A DNA stretch of 64,000 nucleotides from Macrostomum lignano (taxonomy: Eukaryota), in the NCBI GenBank assembly GCA_002269645.1, contig NIVC01001149.1, positions 186,001 through 250,000 of the forward strand, read 5' to 3'. Within the stretch, counting starts at the first letter, position 1. Every line of letters starts with the position of its first letter. The notes under the pieces were generated by a model that worked only from the letters and a program-made list of their open reading frames with translations, had not been told where the DNA came from and made no database searches. A program made the translations under genes and the position numbers. Shown here one piece after another: positions 13,701 through 26,121 of the stretch.

Positions 13701-15934
13701 GACAGCAGGAACAGGAATTTTTCCGAGTTGGGCGCGTTGAAAGCCTCGATAGACTCGTGCCGCTCCGAGTGAGGGGTCTGGCCATCCAGCCGGCAGTAGC
13801 GCAGGTTCCTGTAGTAGCAGTAGTCCTCCAGAATGTCCAGCATGCGGGTCATTTGGCTGAAGATCAGCACCCGGGAGCCTTGGTCGCGCAGCTTGGGCAG
13901 GAACTTGTCCAGCAGCACCATCTTGCCGCAGTTGTCGATCAGGTGCTCATCGGTGGTGTACGGCGGGCCGGGCTCCGCGCCATCGAACAGGTAGGGATGA
14001 TTGGCGCACTTCCGCAGCTGCATCAGGATGTTCAACAGGCGAGTCTTCTCAGTCTTTCCGGCGCCGTTCACCACGTCGATGTCCTTCATGAGCAGGCGGG
14101 TGTACATCTCCCTCTGCATGTGGCTCAGGCCGATGTAGATCTTCGTCTCCTTCTTGGGCAGCAGCGCCTTCTCTACGTCCGCTTTGACGCGGCGGAGCAG
14201 GAAGGGGCGAAGGATCTGGTGCAGGCGGCTGCGGGATTGTTGTTGCAATGCTTGGTATTGAGCCTCACAGCACAGCTTCTACTACACTCACTATCCGCCC
14301 CCATTAGCATCTACTACTCACTACTACACTCACTATCCGCCCCATAAGCATCTACTACACTCACTATCCGCCCCATCAGCATCTACCACACCCAATATCC
14401 GCCCCCATTAGCATCTACCACACTCAATATCCAGGATTATCCAGCCCCCATAAGCATCTAACACACCCAATATCCGCCCCATTAGCATCTACCACTCACT
14501 ACCCGCCCCCATTAGCATCTTCCACACTCACTATCCGCCCCTATTAGCATCTTCCACTCGATATCAGCCCCATTAGCATCTACCACACTCACTATCCGCC
14601 CCCATTAGCATCTACCACACTCAATATCCAGGATTATCCAGCCCCCATAAGCATCTAACACACCCAATATCCGCCCCATTAGCATCTACCACTCACTACC
14701 CGCCCCCATTAGCATCTTCCACACTCACTATCCGCCCCTATTAGCATCTTCCACTCGATATCAGCCCCATTAGCATCTTCCACTCGATATCAGCCCCATT
14801 AGCATCTTCCACTTAATATCCGCCCGATTAGCATCTACTACACTCAACAGCCAGCCCCATTAGCATCCACTATATCAATATCCACCCTATTAGCTACGGC
14901 CCCAGGCAAGCAGAGAGAGCCACTCACCGGATCAGATCCTGCTGCTGGTCAAGCGACTCTGGATTAAACCAGGAGTCGAACTCTTCGCTATTGCTGAACA
15001 CATCGGGCAGCAGGAAGTTCAGCAGAGCCCACAACTCGTGCAGATTGTTCTGCAGCGGAGTGCCAGTCAACAACAGCCGGTTGGACGACTTCAGCTCTCG
15101 GACAATCTCGGACAGTTTGCTCTTCTCATTCTTGATCCGATGCGCCTCGTCAATGATGAGATAGCGCCAGTTGAACTTCTTCAACAGCGCCTTCTCGCGG
15201 ATGATCATCTCGTAGGAGGTGACGAGCACGTCCCAGTCGCCGGGCAGGATGGTCTCCTTGATGAGGTTAGTCCTGGTCTCCTGGTCGCCAATCAGGCAGA
15301 CTGGCCGGAGGGACGGCACCCAGCGTTCGATCTCTTTCATCCAGTTCTGCAGGGTGGACTTGGGCGCGATGACCATGTGCGGGCCGGAGTGCTGCCTGTA
15401 GTGCTTCATGAAGCCAATCAGCGAGATGGTCTGCAGAGTCTTGCCCAGGCCCATCTCATCGGCCAGAATGCCGTTGATGCCGTTCTCGTACAGCGATATC
15501 ATCCAGTTCAGGCCGCGCACCTGGTAGTCGCGCATCTCGCCATTCTTTACATACCACGGGCTGGCGTCGAAGCGCGAGATCTCGCCAGGGTCGGCGCTCT
15601 CCGCCGCGGTCTGCGACAGCAGCTCGTCGTCTTCCTCCTTCTCTGTGCGCCTGTGCCGATGGTCGCCGTCCTTGGACAGCTGGCGTTTAACGCTGCTGCT
15701 GCCAGCCTCCGCTAGCTTCATCTTCAGCGGGCTGGTCACCTTGCGTGACCTGGCTGACGCGCCCTGGGCTGTGCCAGTCTCGATGAAGTGGCTGAACAGC
15801 TCAGTCTGCTTGATGAGATATTCGAATCGTTTAGTGCGGTCGTACTCCAGCTTGTTCTCGAATGCCGGGTCGCGATGGCCAGAGCCAGCATCAGGGATGG
15901 CTGGTTTCGCCTTCGGCCTGCCGTCAGGAGTCCA
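5338..15934 (-). CDS. ISWI: ISWI-family (SMARCA5/SMARCA1/SNF2H-like) ATP-dependent chromatin remodeller; 6 exons found, start exon missing
   Basis: Exons 15934-14928, 14228-13571, 11250-10664, 8809-8686, 8124-7816 and 5643-5338 have GT..AG ends and compatible phases (2991 nt, 997 codons including TGA). Motifs: [82 protein letters not shown], and SANT/SLIDE ([13 protein letters not shown]; FTEEEDRFL...[11 protein letters not shown]). Confidence 0.96.
5830..7770. repeat. Compound (TCTG)n/TCTTCTTGTATCTGTGTG microsatellite filling the last ISWI intron
   Basis: Direct reading of the sequence. It generates the spurious 650-800 aa CLSV-rich ORFs. Confidence 0.95.
8340..8650. repeat. ~39-bp minisatellite (gggaggtcaacagacacctctgaagacacagagaccca) in an ISWI intron
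   Basis: About 8 tandem imperfect units inside intron 8685-8125. Confidence 0.85.
8850..10645. repeat. 10/11-bp GACAGTCAT-based minisatellite in an ISWI intron
   Basis: Long mosaic of gacagtcatt/gacagtcata/ttaaagtcat units that fills intron 10663-8810. Confidence 0.95.
11610..13500. repeat. ~1.9-kb polypurine/polypyrimidine minisatellite (gagaagagggaaaagagaagagagagggca) in an ISWI intron
   Basis: The + strand is nearly pure A/G. It is the source of the FSLFPL- and REK-rich spurious ORFs. Confidence 0.95.
14270..14895. repeat. ~30-bp minisatellite (ccccattagcatctaccacactcactatccg) in an ISWI intron
   Basis: Tandem imperfect units inside intron 14927-14229. Confidence 0.9.
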
Positions 15935-16665
15935 CTGGGGTGGGGGAAACAGGTGAGTGGGATGGGGCAGCGCTGTCAGCAAGTTGAACTCAAATTTTGG
16001 GAATACGGTACAAGGGTCTATGAAAATTGGTTCAGCTGTGTCAGGGAAACCAATTTTTGGTCAAATGTTTGCACTTTTATGGAGGCTACTTTGAACTCTA
16101 TTAAATGTTTTTTGTCTTTAGGGAAGTTGAGATGCTAAGTCTACTATCCAAATAGGACTGTTGCTGCTATTGTTAATACACTAAAACTAGACTAAGCTTT
16201 TTCAAATACCAGTTTAAGCCATGTCATGATGGACATTAAAAATTTTATAAACAAACATAATCTAATACAAAGATGCAGGTTTCTTCCTACACAATTTTAA
16301 TATGTTGCCTATATTATAAATCATACAAACTTTTATTGCAGTCACATATGCTTTTAAAAACTATCAATATTCTTGTTGACTATAACAGGGGGTTAGACAA
16401 TATAGAATTTTTGAGATTTTTACTACAATATGACAACAATATGACATGAGATTTAATCGACATTTTGAGATATTTCATTTAAATAAGACAAAGGTAAAAA
16501 CTGAAAATAGCAGTTCTCTTTGTACAACTTTTTATATTTTTGAAAAACAAATGTAAACTTTGTGCACTTTTGTTGAAGATCAGAACCTTTAATTTGTAAA
16601 AAAAACATGATAATTTTTGGGTGCATCACTTTTCCAGACACAGTTCAATCCCTTATTAAGTAGGG

Positions 16666-16997
16666 GTCGGACGTGATTACGATCGTGATCACGATTTCGT
16701 GAATTCACGATCATTTTTTTCACGATCGTTATTTCCTTGAAACCTGTTCACGACAGTCGTGAATTTCTGCTTTATTAAATTTTATTAGAAGTATAACTTT
16801 TCTACTTGGTTTACCAAAATATGTGAAGACAAATGTGTAAAAAAGTAATAAATTTTAAATTTGTTGACTTGATGGCATTACCGAGTAGCTATTATCAATT
16901 TATAAATATTTCTTTTCTTGTTTTGTTATTTTCAACACTTGTAACTTACGAGCTCAAAATCCGTGTATGCAAATATAAATTCACGATCACGCCCGAC
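16666..16997. mobile_element. Possible MITE with short inverted ends and internal CACGAT/ATCGTG motifs
   Basis: gtcggacgtgat (16666-16677) matches the reverse complement of atcacgcccgac (16986-16997) at 11/12 positions. No clear TSD. Confidence 0.35.
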
Positions 16998-17154
16998 TTT
17001 AAAAATTTCACGAAATTTCATGCTCTACCAAAATTTTCTGCTCGTCCGATCTCTATTATTAAGGGCATTCAATTTTTGTTCAGGTGTGCACCCAGCATGA
17101 TCCAGACTATTGAATAAATATGTGGAAAAGTTGCGCGTCTTAGAAAAAGTAGAA

Positions 17155-17514
17155 TTAAGAAGGTGAGTGCTATCATTTTTTATGCGACATGTTTTGCCTC
17201 ATGTCAGGCATTGTCAGGCTCTTAAAATTAGTAACGATTTATTAGTTCATTTATATTTAACAATTAAGACTAAGAACAGGTTGATAAAAGTCAGAAATGT
17301 ATATAAATTAACAGTAGATTGTATAGTCCGACAGAGCGCTCACAGAGTTGCAATGAGGGGAGAGAGGGAGAGAGAGAGAGTGAGAGTGAGATGAGCACAA
17401 GTGTACACCTAGAATAATCTAAGCAGGGCACTGGCACTGTGATTGGCAAGTTGCTTATTTAGGATTGGTTTACAAAACATGTCGCATAAAAAATGATAGC
17501 GCTCACCTTCTTAA
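17155..17514. mobile_element. Non-autonomous TIR DNA transposon with TTAA target duplication (Kolobok-like ends)
   Basis: TTAA(17155-58)|GAAGGTGAGTGCTATCATTTTTTATGCGACATGTTTTG ... CAAAACATGTCGCATAAAAAATGATAGCGCTCACCTTC|TTAA(17511-14). The TIR is 38 bp with 1 mismatch. Confidence 0.85.
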
Positions 17515-20500
17515 TGATTAAATATGGTTTGTAAGGAAGGACAACAGCCAAAATTTCAAATCAATGTCACTATAGCTCTGTCAATATTAGTGTTAGTATA
17601 GTCAGTACCCCATAGAAGCAAAAAGTGCAGCCCATTTTGGAAAAGGAATTTTTGGCAAAAAATGCTTTGGCAAAAATGAATTTTTAGTTTAAATAGATGG
17701 ACATTTTTTGTGAAAGAAAGTGACCAGTTTGACAAAAAGATTGGCTATATTATTGGAAATATACCCCTTTGGTGATTGAAGCTTTATGAAATTATTCATT
17801 GCTGCAGATTATTTGCAGTTAGAAAATTAAAAAACTCATGGCATTGCTAATAGCTATGTTATGTACATGTAATCTATTGATAGGCTTATGCAATTGATAA
17901 ATTAAAGTATACAAATAATGATGTGGTTTTTCAGTTCCTAAAATAGTACTTTGAAATCCTATTATAATAGAATGGCACCTACTAAAAAACAACTGAATTA
18001 AACTGCAATAAAACAAAAAATTTCACAATAAAATATATCTTTATAAAGTTTTTGGCAGTTGTTATTGTTACGGTGACTGTAGAAATAACAAAATGGTTAC
18101 TTATACGGTTAATGCATAAGACACTATGCAGCCCTATGTTCTTTACCTAATGTAACCATATAAATAGCAGAACCATTACTTTTATGGTCACCATAAATAG
18201 GAACTAGGAAGCAAAATGGCTATTTTTACGGTCTTGTGGAAGAAATTTCTATTTTACAAGGTAATAGTCAACAATTACCTAAAGTAAGCTACCATGACAA
18301 GAGCCACTAGATTCTAGAAGTTACTATTGTATTAATTAATAAAACATTTCTTTATTTTTTAAATTTAACCATCATAGTATTTGCACAGTAAGTTTGTCAC
18401 TTCATTTAGATGGTATTTGTTTTAAGTGTTAACCGTAAAAATAACAGTCTTGCTATTTATACAGTCACCATAACAATAAGAACTACCAAAGTTTTTTTTG
18501 GTTTACTTTTTAACTTTCTTCTAAAACAACAAAACTCAAAAACAACAAAACAACAACAAAAGATTTGTTCCAAAGCTTGGAACAAATCTTTCGCATAAAT
18601 AGTAAGCTTTAGTCCTTTAGACAAAATGGTCATTGCGAAAGTATTTTTCGCCGTTATTGACTTTCGCCGAAGTAGGTTGAAATCGAATCAAGTAGGGGGG
18701 GGGGGGGCTATGGCTACTCATGTAGATCAGATGCAATTGCAATTATGTTATTATTATTACTATTAGAAGTCACATAAATGTTCTCTTGAAGTTCTATAAA
18801 AAAGCCCAGGATCTCACCTCATCATCCGACATGATTGCAGTAACTTCGCTTTCGGTTAAGATTTCGTAAATTCGCTTCTAGTCTGTGTTTTATAATAAGC
18901 GAATTAATTTAATTTGCGTCTTAGGCCGCTTCAAAAGATGCAAACTTTTGGCGAATTTATTAACTGTCATAAAAAACTAATTTAAATTTAACACAGGTAA
19001 CAAAATTATCATATAGAGTTTAAGTACGTACTACGGCTGCTCTATGTGTCTTAAAAATATATTTTGTTTATCGTTGCAATCGTAAATATAAAACCGTTGA
19101 TAATAAGACTTGCAAAATACGATGCGTGATCAAGGATATTATTAAAGAATTAAATAAGCCCAAATAAGTTCTTAGATTTGCTCAAATCCCGGAACAAATC
19201 GAATTTTTACGTTCTGTGTAAATTTAATCTTGCCTTTTAATCCTTTCCCAGAGGTCTAAATGAATAAAAGCCAAAAAACTGCACTCCTGGCTGGCCCTTT
19301 CCAGCTCTTCCACGCGTCCGACTCACTTGAGTCACTCACACTCGTCCATCGAATAATTATAAATTATAGACCTAACTGTCCGGTGTCCCCGCTGTGACAC
19401 ACCTCATCGAATATTGAAACTCTAAGTTAAAAACTCTTAAGGTTCATTTGTAAAAACATTAATTTAAAATATAAAAATATTTAATTTAATTTATATTTAA
19501 ATAAAAATATTTTAAAAAATTAAAAATATAAATACAAATAACTAATTTGTGAGTTTTAGTTTTAGTTTTAGTTTTCTGAAGCCTAGGCCTAATAATGTAA
19601 TATTAACTAGGCCTAATTAAGAATTAACTAGGCCTAGGCGGCCCAGGCCCTAGCCTAATGCAAAGTTCTTTGTTCACAATTCCATGTGATGCAGATGTAG
19701 ACCTAATGACAATGTGTGCCAAACTCAGAAACTGTTATTTGTCATTTTTTATAAATGCACTTTGACTAGCTAGACAGATTAGTTAGAATTAGAAACTGAA
19801 AATGACTTTGCTTAGCTGCATTCTAGGCCTATATTCATATTGTATTGTCAATATAATAGTCAATAGATTCTGAGACTTTAGACCTATTATTGATTAGACC
19901 TACATTTTCTAATAAATTTTGGATAAATTGGTTAAATTTGGTTAAATTTTGATTTGTTTGAAATAGCTTTATTTAATATTGAATAGAGTTTTAATTATAG
20001 ATAAGCCCTAGGCCTAAATATTAGGACTAGGCCCTGGCCTAGGCCTAGCTACATTTATAAGGTCAATAGTCATTACTATGCAATTGTATATTAGACCTTA
20101 GGATTAAGCTTATAGGCCCTATTATTAGTATTAGAATTAGATATAATTGAAAAATCATTTTTGCCAAAAAATATAAAAAAACAATATAATCAGCATTATG
20201 CAACCACTCTGATTTATACTAGCTAGGCCTATATAACGTATCTTTTGCCTAAAAGTAGACAATAATTATAACTAACCTGGCCCCCTATTAAAAAAATCTT
20301 TAAAAACATTTTTAACCCTAAAATTCCAATTTCCACAGCATATTTTTTGATAAATATACTTTTTCTTGTTCAATTTCAACAAAACAAAAGAATAGTTGGT
20401 TCTTTACTTCTTTTTTGAAGGGATAGTATTATATTTTGACTCCTTTTAATTTGGAACATAGTGAGATAAGGGCGGTTTAAGAAAAATATTTGGGAATTAG

Positions 20501-20799
20501 GTTAAATTTTAAATTTCAATTCTTCAAATTTCTTCGAAACCGTATGGCATTGAGTTTGCACAAATAAGCTGGAAAATTGAGTGGACGAATCCTATTTGAA
20601 ATTTCTCATAGATACTCCGACTACCAGGGTCCTCAATCTCGGGGGGAGGGTAGTTTTAGTCGTAGACAAGCGGTCTTTATTTGGCGCAAGCATTCAGATG
20701 CAGGTCCTCAGACACTGTAGATTCAATGTACCTCATACTTACTACTTATTACCAACGGGGGGCAGAGCACCGCGAATAGGCCGCGAGGCCCCTATCGCA

Positions 20800-22265
20800 A
20801 CCCCAAGCTAAACAGAGACAAAAAGGCATTAGCCTTGGGGCTGCGCCCACCCTCGCCGGCAGCAGAAGAGCTTGCGAGAGTGGCGTCTGCAATCTTCATC
20901 TGCCCAGAATCCTGAATGAATGCACATAGGTCATGGATCCGGTCCAGAGTGGTGAGCTCGTCAAGCCTTAGCGGGTGACCAAGGTGACGCCTCTGCGCCT
21001 TGTTGAAGTGCGGGCAGAAAGTGACGTGGTGTGTCTAGGTTTCCTCCTCTAAATCACAGAATGGGCAGATAGGGGAGCAGCCACTTTGCAGTGAAGTATG
21101 TCTCTGGAAGAAGCCATGGCCAGTAATTAACATGCACATCTCCCTCAAGTCAGTTTTACTTATGGAGATTAGATATTCGGATACTTTCCGGTTAATAGCA
21201 GGCATAGCTTTTCGTGCTTGCCAGTATTTGGAGCAGCTATCCCAGTGAGTCTGATGCTGGCGGTTCAGCCAATCTTGAATTGCACGGTTGATTGATGACT
21301 TCGGAGAAGGTAACTTGACTGAGCGTTGCGCTCCATCGGGGGTGCAACCCCACTTGGCAAGCTGATCCACAAGCTCGTTGCCGAGGATGTTGCTATGGCC
21401 TAGTGTCCAGATAACATTGATCCTGTTGAGAATCGCTAGGGTCTGCAAGCTTTTGAGGCAGTCTGAGACTGACTTGGTTGAGAGCTTGATAGAAGACAAG
21501 GCCTTAATAGCAGCCTAGCTGTTAGAGTAAAAATAAATGTCAAAGCTGCTGATGCCAGCTTTGTGCAAATGCTCAGTGCACTGGTTGATAGCTACAACTT
21601 CGGATTGAAAAACCGAGACATTCTCACCAAGATGAAGACTCTCTTGTAAGAATGCTTCACCCTTGTAGAAAATGGCAATGCCCGTACCAGCGAGACTGTC
21701 ACACAGGGATCCATCAGTGAAGCAGTGAATACCCTAGCTTCTCTGGTTGATGCCCACATCCAGCGGGTGACTCCCTCTCGGTGGAAGAGTACACTTGAAG
21801 CCCCTCCTGAGGATGAGAGTGGGGGATTTGCAGTCTACCTTGTCTAAATTGAGGTGGATGCATTGAAGATCGCAATGGATATAGTCCAGATGTGGGAAAA
21901 GAGTCTTCTCGGGCATGAAGCCCAAGGGCGTGTTAGCAATAAATTTATCACAGATGAGACACGTGGCGCCCTTCATCGCCTCGGCTCTAATGAACAAATG
22001 CAGCAGAGGCATGCTGAGGATGGTGTTGAGCCCCTCGTAAGGGGTGGATAGATATGTACCGGTGATGGCTCGGCAGATGTTACCCTGCAGCTGGTACAAC
22101 TGGTCCCACACAGTCTTCAACTCCAACGCACTGGACTAGATAACACACGTGTAGGTGATATTGGGCCGAACGATGCCGGTGTAAATCCATCTGACCGTCT
22201 TGGGAGAAAGACCCCAAGTAGGCCCGATGACTCTTCTCATCTGTGCAAAGCAGCGCCTGGCGCAA
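20800..22265 (-). mobile_element. 5'-truncated, decayed non-LTR retrotransposon (R1/LOA-group-like): RT C-terminus, RNase H and Cys motif
   Basis: Translates as [16 protein letters not shown]...QGNICRAITG, then RNase H motifs CFTDGS, VFQSE, YSNS*AAIKAL and [16 protein letters not shown], then [10 protein letters not shown]. It contains in-frame stops and frameshifts. Confidence 0.85.
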
Positions 22266-23853
22266 TGTACCTCATATGCTTGTTCTATTACTAACAGTAG
22301 AGTAGCGCTGCCACCACTATAATTTGCCTATTACGGAATGTTGAAGTCTTAGAGCTTGTTTTGAGATGAGATTGGGTTATTTTATGCCCCATAGGCAAAT
22401 GACTTAAGATAAGCTATGGCTCTTAATCCAGAACAAAGAAAACAAATTATAATTGCTGTTTATTTATTAATCGATAAACAAAGTTATTATAAACAAGTTA
22501 TTATTATTCACACTTGAGCAGCGACTAACAATTCAAATGACTGGGGAAGTGTAGCTCGTCTACAAATAGTAGGAAAATAAACGTCAACAAAAACATAAAA
22601 TAATTTTTTTAGCCAATGCGTTTAATAAAACACAAGACATCGTCAAGGCAAATTCAACTAACCTTAATTTTCAGCACCAATATATTTAAGCAAAACAAAC
22701 TGTATATTCCAAAGGCGGGTCAAAACAGTCTGGTAAAATTTCAAATGCCAAGTATATAATGAAGGGAGAGAGAGAGAAAAATAGGCTCTAAAAAATAGCC
22801 AATGTTCCCTAGCTCTAGTGTGCAGGTGTCGCTTTGTTTTTCCAATGTAGGAAACGCTCTGATCCTCAGAGCAGCGAAATTGGTAAACAACACTAGATTG
22901 GTCACTGTGCTAGCAAAAACACTAGAATGCAGAAAGAGGCAACAAAAAAATACCGCAGAAAATACATAGAAAAAAACAAAATAACCATAAGTTGGGTATA
23001 CAATGCTAGAAAATAGGGCGTAGAGAACAGAAAAAGGGCAGAAAACGTAATATTTGCATGCCAGGGGGTGGACAAATGGGGCCAGAAAGGGGGGCAAGCA
23101 TAATTTTAATGTCTAGATAATGTTATTGTTATTAAAATCAATTTTCAAAAAGTAATCAGTGGTGATACCATCTACCACTATAGGTCTGAACATTCAAATT
23201 AGATAATTGAAATTCTTTTTAGCCATTAAATATTTAGTTTAAACATATTACCTATGGCTATAGAAAATAAAATATTTATAGTTACAAGTGTCATATAGGG
23301 ATACTGGCACATTCAATTTAAATAGCCAATATTCATTTTAGACTAAAAAGCTGCAGGCTCATTTTCCCCTTTAACTTATCCAAATATTACTTTCAAAAAT
23401 ATATGCTAAAAAATCTACTTCGCATACTTTTTAAGAAAAAGATGGCTGCTATGGTACATATAGAAGATAAAAAGGAAATTATCAAAAAGATTAAAAAAGA
23501 AAAGCTTAGTCATCTAAAAAAGGTTGAAGAAGACCAAAACCAATAATGGCCTTATAGGAGAATATTCAATGAAGATCTAGCATGACTTCTAGATGCCTAT
23601 GAGACAAGTAAAGATTTTGTTTACTTGGTAGAGAGGATAGGAATCAAAAGAACTTTGGCATATTTTAATGCATTCTTTTGGTTTATAATTATTCTTTTTT
23701 ATTTCAATTTATAATCCCTATGTTAATTTCCATTTTAGCAATCATGGCCTGTTCAAAGGAAACAAAATTATTGAATTGGGCTTATTTATTTCACTAAAAA
23801 TCTGAATAAAATAGCCAACCTAAAGTTTCTCTCATGGCATATGGCAAAGACAA

Positions 23854-24292
23854 GATCCTTTATATCTACTTCAATTAATAATCATTCAAAATTAAATAAG
23901 ATAAATACATGTAAATGATTGTGAACCAAAGCTAAGGGGGTTTGGTATATTATATGATGCTATCTTGTTGACTATACTATACAATAGTTGACCATGTACC
24001 TTATACTATATAGCACTTTAGACTCAATTCCATACATTATCTGCAAAGTTCTGTAGAGAAATGACAAATAAATTAAAATACAATATGTCCTCACTACCTC
24101 CCCTAAGCTTTGGTTTATACTCATTTAAAATTAAATGGCAGATATATAAATTATTATAAACTGAAGGTAGTGTATATTTAGATAGGGATCAATTTTGGTT
24201 ATTTATATCAAACCCTTTAGCTTTGGTTTACAATCATTTATATATATTTCTCCTATTTAAATGATCATAAACTGAAGTAGATATATAGGATC
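23854..24292. mobile_element. Foldback/MITE-like element with ~100-bp imperfect inverted arms
   Basis: gatcctttatatctacttcaa...aaccaaagctaagggggtttgg (23854-23950) is mirrored by caaaccctttagctttggttt...tgaagtagatatataggatc (24205-24292). Confidence 0.7.
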
Positions 24293-24659
24293 CTCTTCAA
24301 AGAATACTTGCATAGTATGAACATCTCATTGTCTCTTTGTATCATTTTATTCTATATGAATTTGGCATTAAATTTTTTACAACAAAAAAAATAATATTCT
24401 AGTAACTTTGGATTTTTAGTTTGATACTAGCAATCTAGTGCAGCCCCCCTTCGGGGCACCCAATAAGTAAGGACCAACAATAGTTCATGGAAAACAATTA
24501 AAAAACCATATTTTCTTAAGAACCAATTCCTTCTTCACTTTTAAAAATAACCTTTTTTGTGTAAAATTGTCAGGGACAAAGATGTTTCCTATAAATCACT
24601 TTTCTCTAAAATTAACAAACAGACAACAAAATATAGCTCCCTCTAAATAGAAAATATTC

Positions 24660-25370
24660 CCAAGACAGCAAGCATCCCCCAGATAGCAAGCACCTTCCAA
24701 AAGTAAGCAACTGCAGATAGCAAGCATCCCCTAATGCTCATAGCATAGCATCAACCCAGATAGCATCATAGCAAGCATCTGCAGACAGCAAGCATCCCCC
24801 AGATAGCAAGCATCCCCCAGATAGCAAGCATCACCCCAGATAGCAAGCATCCCCCAGATAGCAAGCATCACCCCAGATAGCAAGCATCTGCAGGTAGCAA
24901 GCATTCCCCAGATATTGTTGAAGCATCCACCTAGATAGAAAGCATCCTGCAGATAGCAAGCATCCCCCAGATATTATAGAAGCATCCTGCAGATAGCAAG
25001 CACCCCCCAGATAGCAAGCATCCCCCAGATAGCAAGCATCACCCCAGATAGCAAGCATCCCCCAGATAGCAAGCATCCCCCAGATAGCAAGCATCACCCC
25101 AGATAGCAAGCATCCCCCAGATAGCAATCATCACCCCAGATAGCAAGCATCTGCAGGTAGCAAGCATTCCCCAGATATTGTTGAAGCATCCACCTAGATA
25201 GAAAGCATCCTGCAGATAGCAAGCATCCCCCAGATATTATAGAAGCATCCTGCAGATAGCAAGCACCCCCCAGATATTATAAAAGCAACCACCCAGATAG
25301 CAAGAATCCCTAAATAGCAAACATCCCTGGATAGAAAGAATCCCATACATGTAGCCAGTACCCCCCCCCC
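24660..25370. repeat. 18/19-bp minisatellite (cccccagatagcaagcat)
   Basis: Tandem imperfect units. Confidence 0.9.
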
Positions 25371-25534
25371 TCCCAAATAGCAAGTAGCAAGTGCAAATGT
25401 TACCTATTAATGCAGGATTAATGCCATAATCGCTTTCTCAGGTTGTGCAACAATCCACATCTCAGCAAGCGAAATAATCTCTTTTAGACAGCGCAATAAT
25501 CAGCTTCTCGGCTAGTGCAATAATCCTTTCTAAT

Positions 25535-25970
25535 CTAGTGCAATATTCCTTGGTTTATCAAGTGCAATAGCCCTTGGCTTAACAAGTGCAATAATTTTTA
25601 GTTTATCAAAGGCAGTAAGCCTTGGTTTATCAAGCGCAGTAATTCTTGGTTTATCAAGCGCAGTAATCCTTGGTTTATCAAGTGCAATAGTCTTTGGCTT
25701 ATCAAGTGCAATAATCCTTGGCTTATCAAGTGCAATAATCCATGGCTTATCAAGCGCAGTAATCCATGGCTTATCAAGCGCAGTAATCCTTGGTTTATCA
25801 AGTGCAATAATCCTTGGCTTATCAAGTGCAATAATCCTTGGCTTATCAAGTGCAATAATCCTTGGCTCATCAAGTGCAATAATCCTTGGCTTATCAAGTG
25901 CAATAATCCTTGGCTTATCAAGTGCAATAATCCTTGGCTTATCAAGTGCAATAATCCTTGGCTTATTTTC
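25535..25970. repeat. 24-bp minisatellite (ttatcaagtgcaataatccttggc)
   Basis: About 18 tandem units just upstream of the zinc-finger gene. Confidence 0.92.
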
Positions 25971-26121
25971 ATATTTTCGATACATATCGGCTTTATTTCT
26001 CTGGTTTCATACTATTGATATATACAGTATTGGCTGTATTCCCACAGTTATGTATTTTTCGATACATATCGGCTTTATTTCTCTAATTTCATTTTTGCCA
26101 CAATTCCTGCCGTCTCAACTG

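Noticed and set aside
11470-13785. Long FSLFPL/REK-rich ORFs and the apparent 911-aa ISWI ORF
   Set aside because: This is read-through into the purine/pyrimidine intron repeat. The real exon ends at the GT donor at 13570.
19340-19349. ATGGACGAGT|gtgagt as the ISWI start exon
   Set aside because: It is phase 1, which is incompatible with the strong phase-0 acceptor at 15935 and would need a weak purine-rich acceptor at 15901. Kept only as an alternative.
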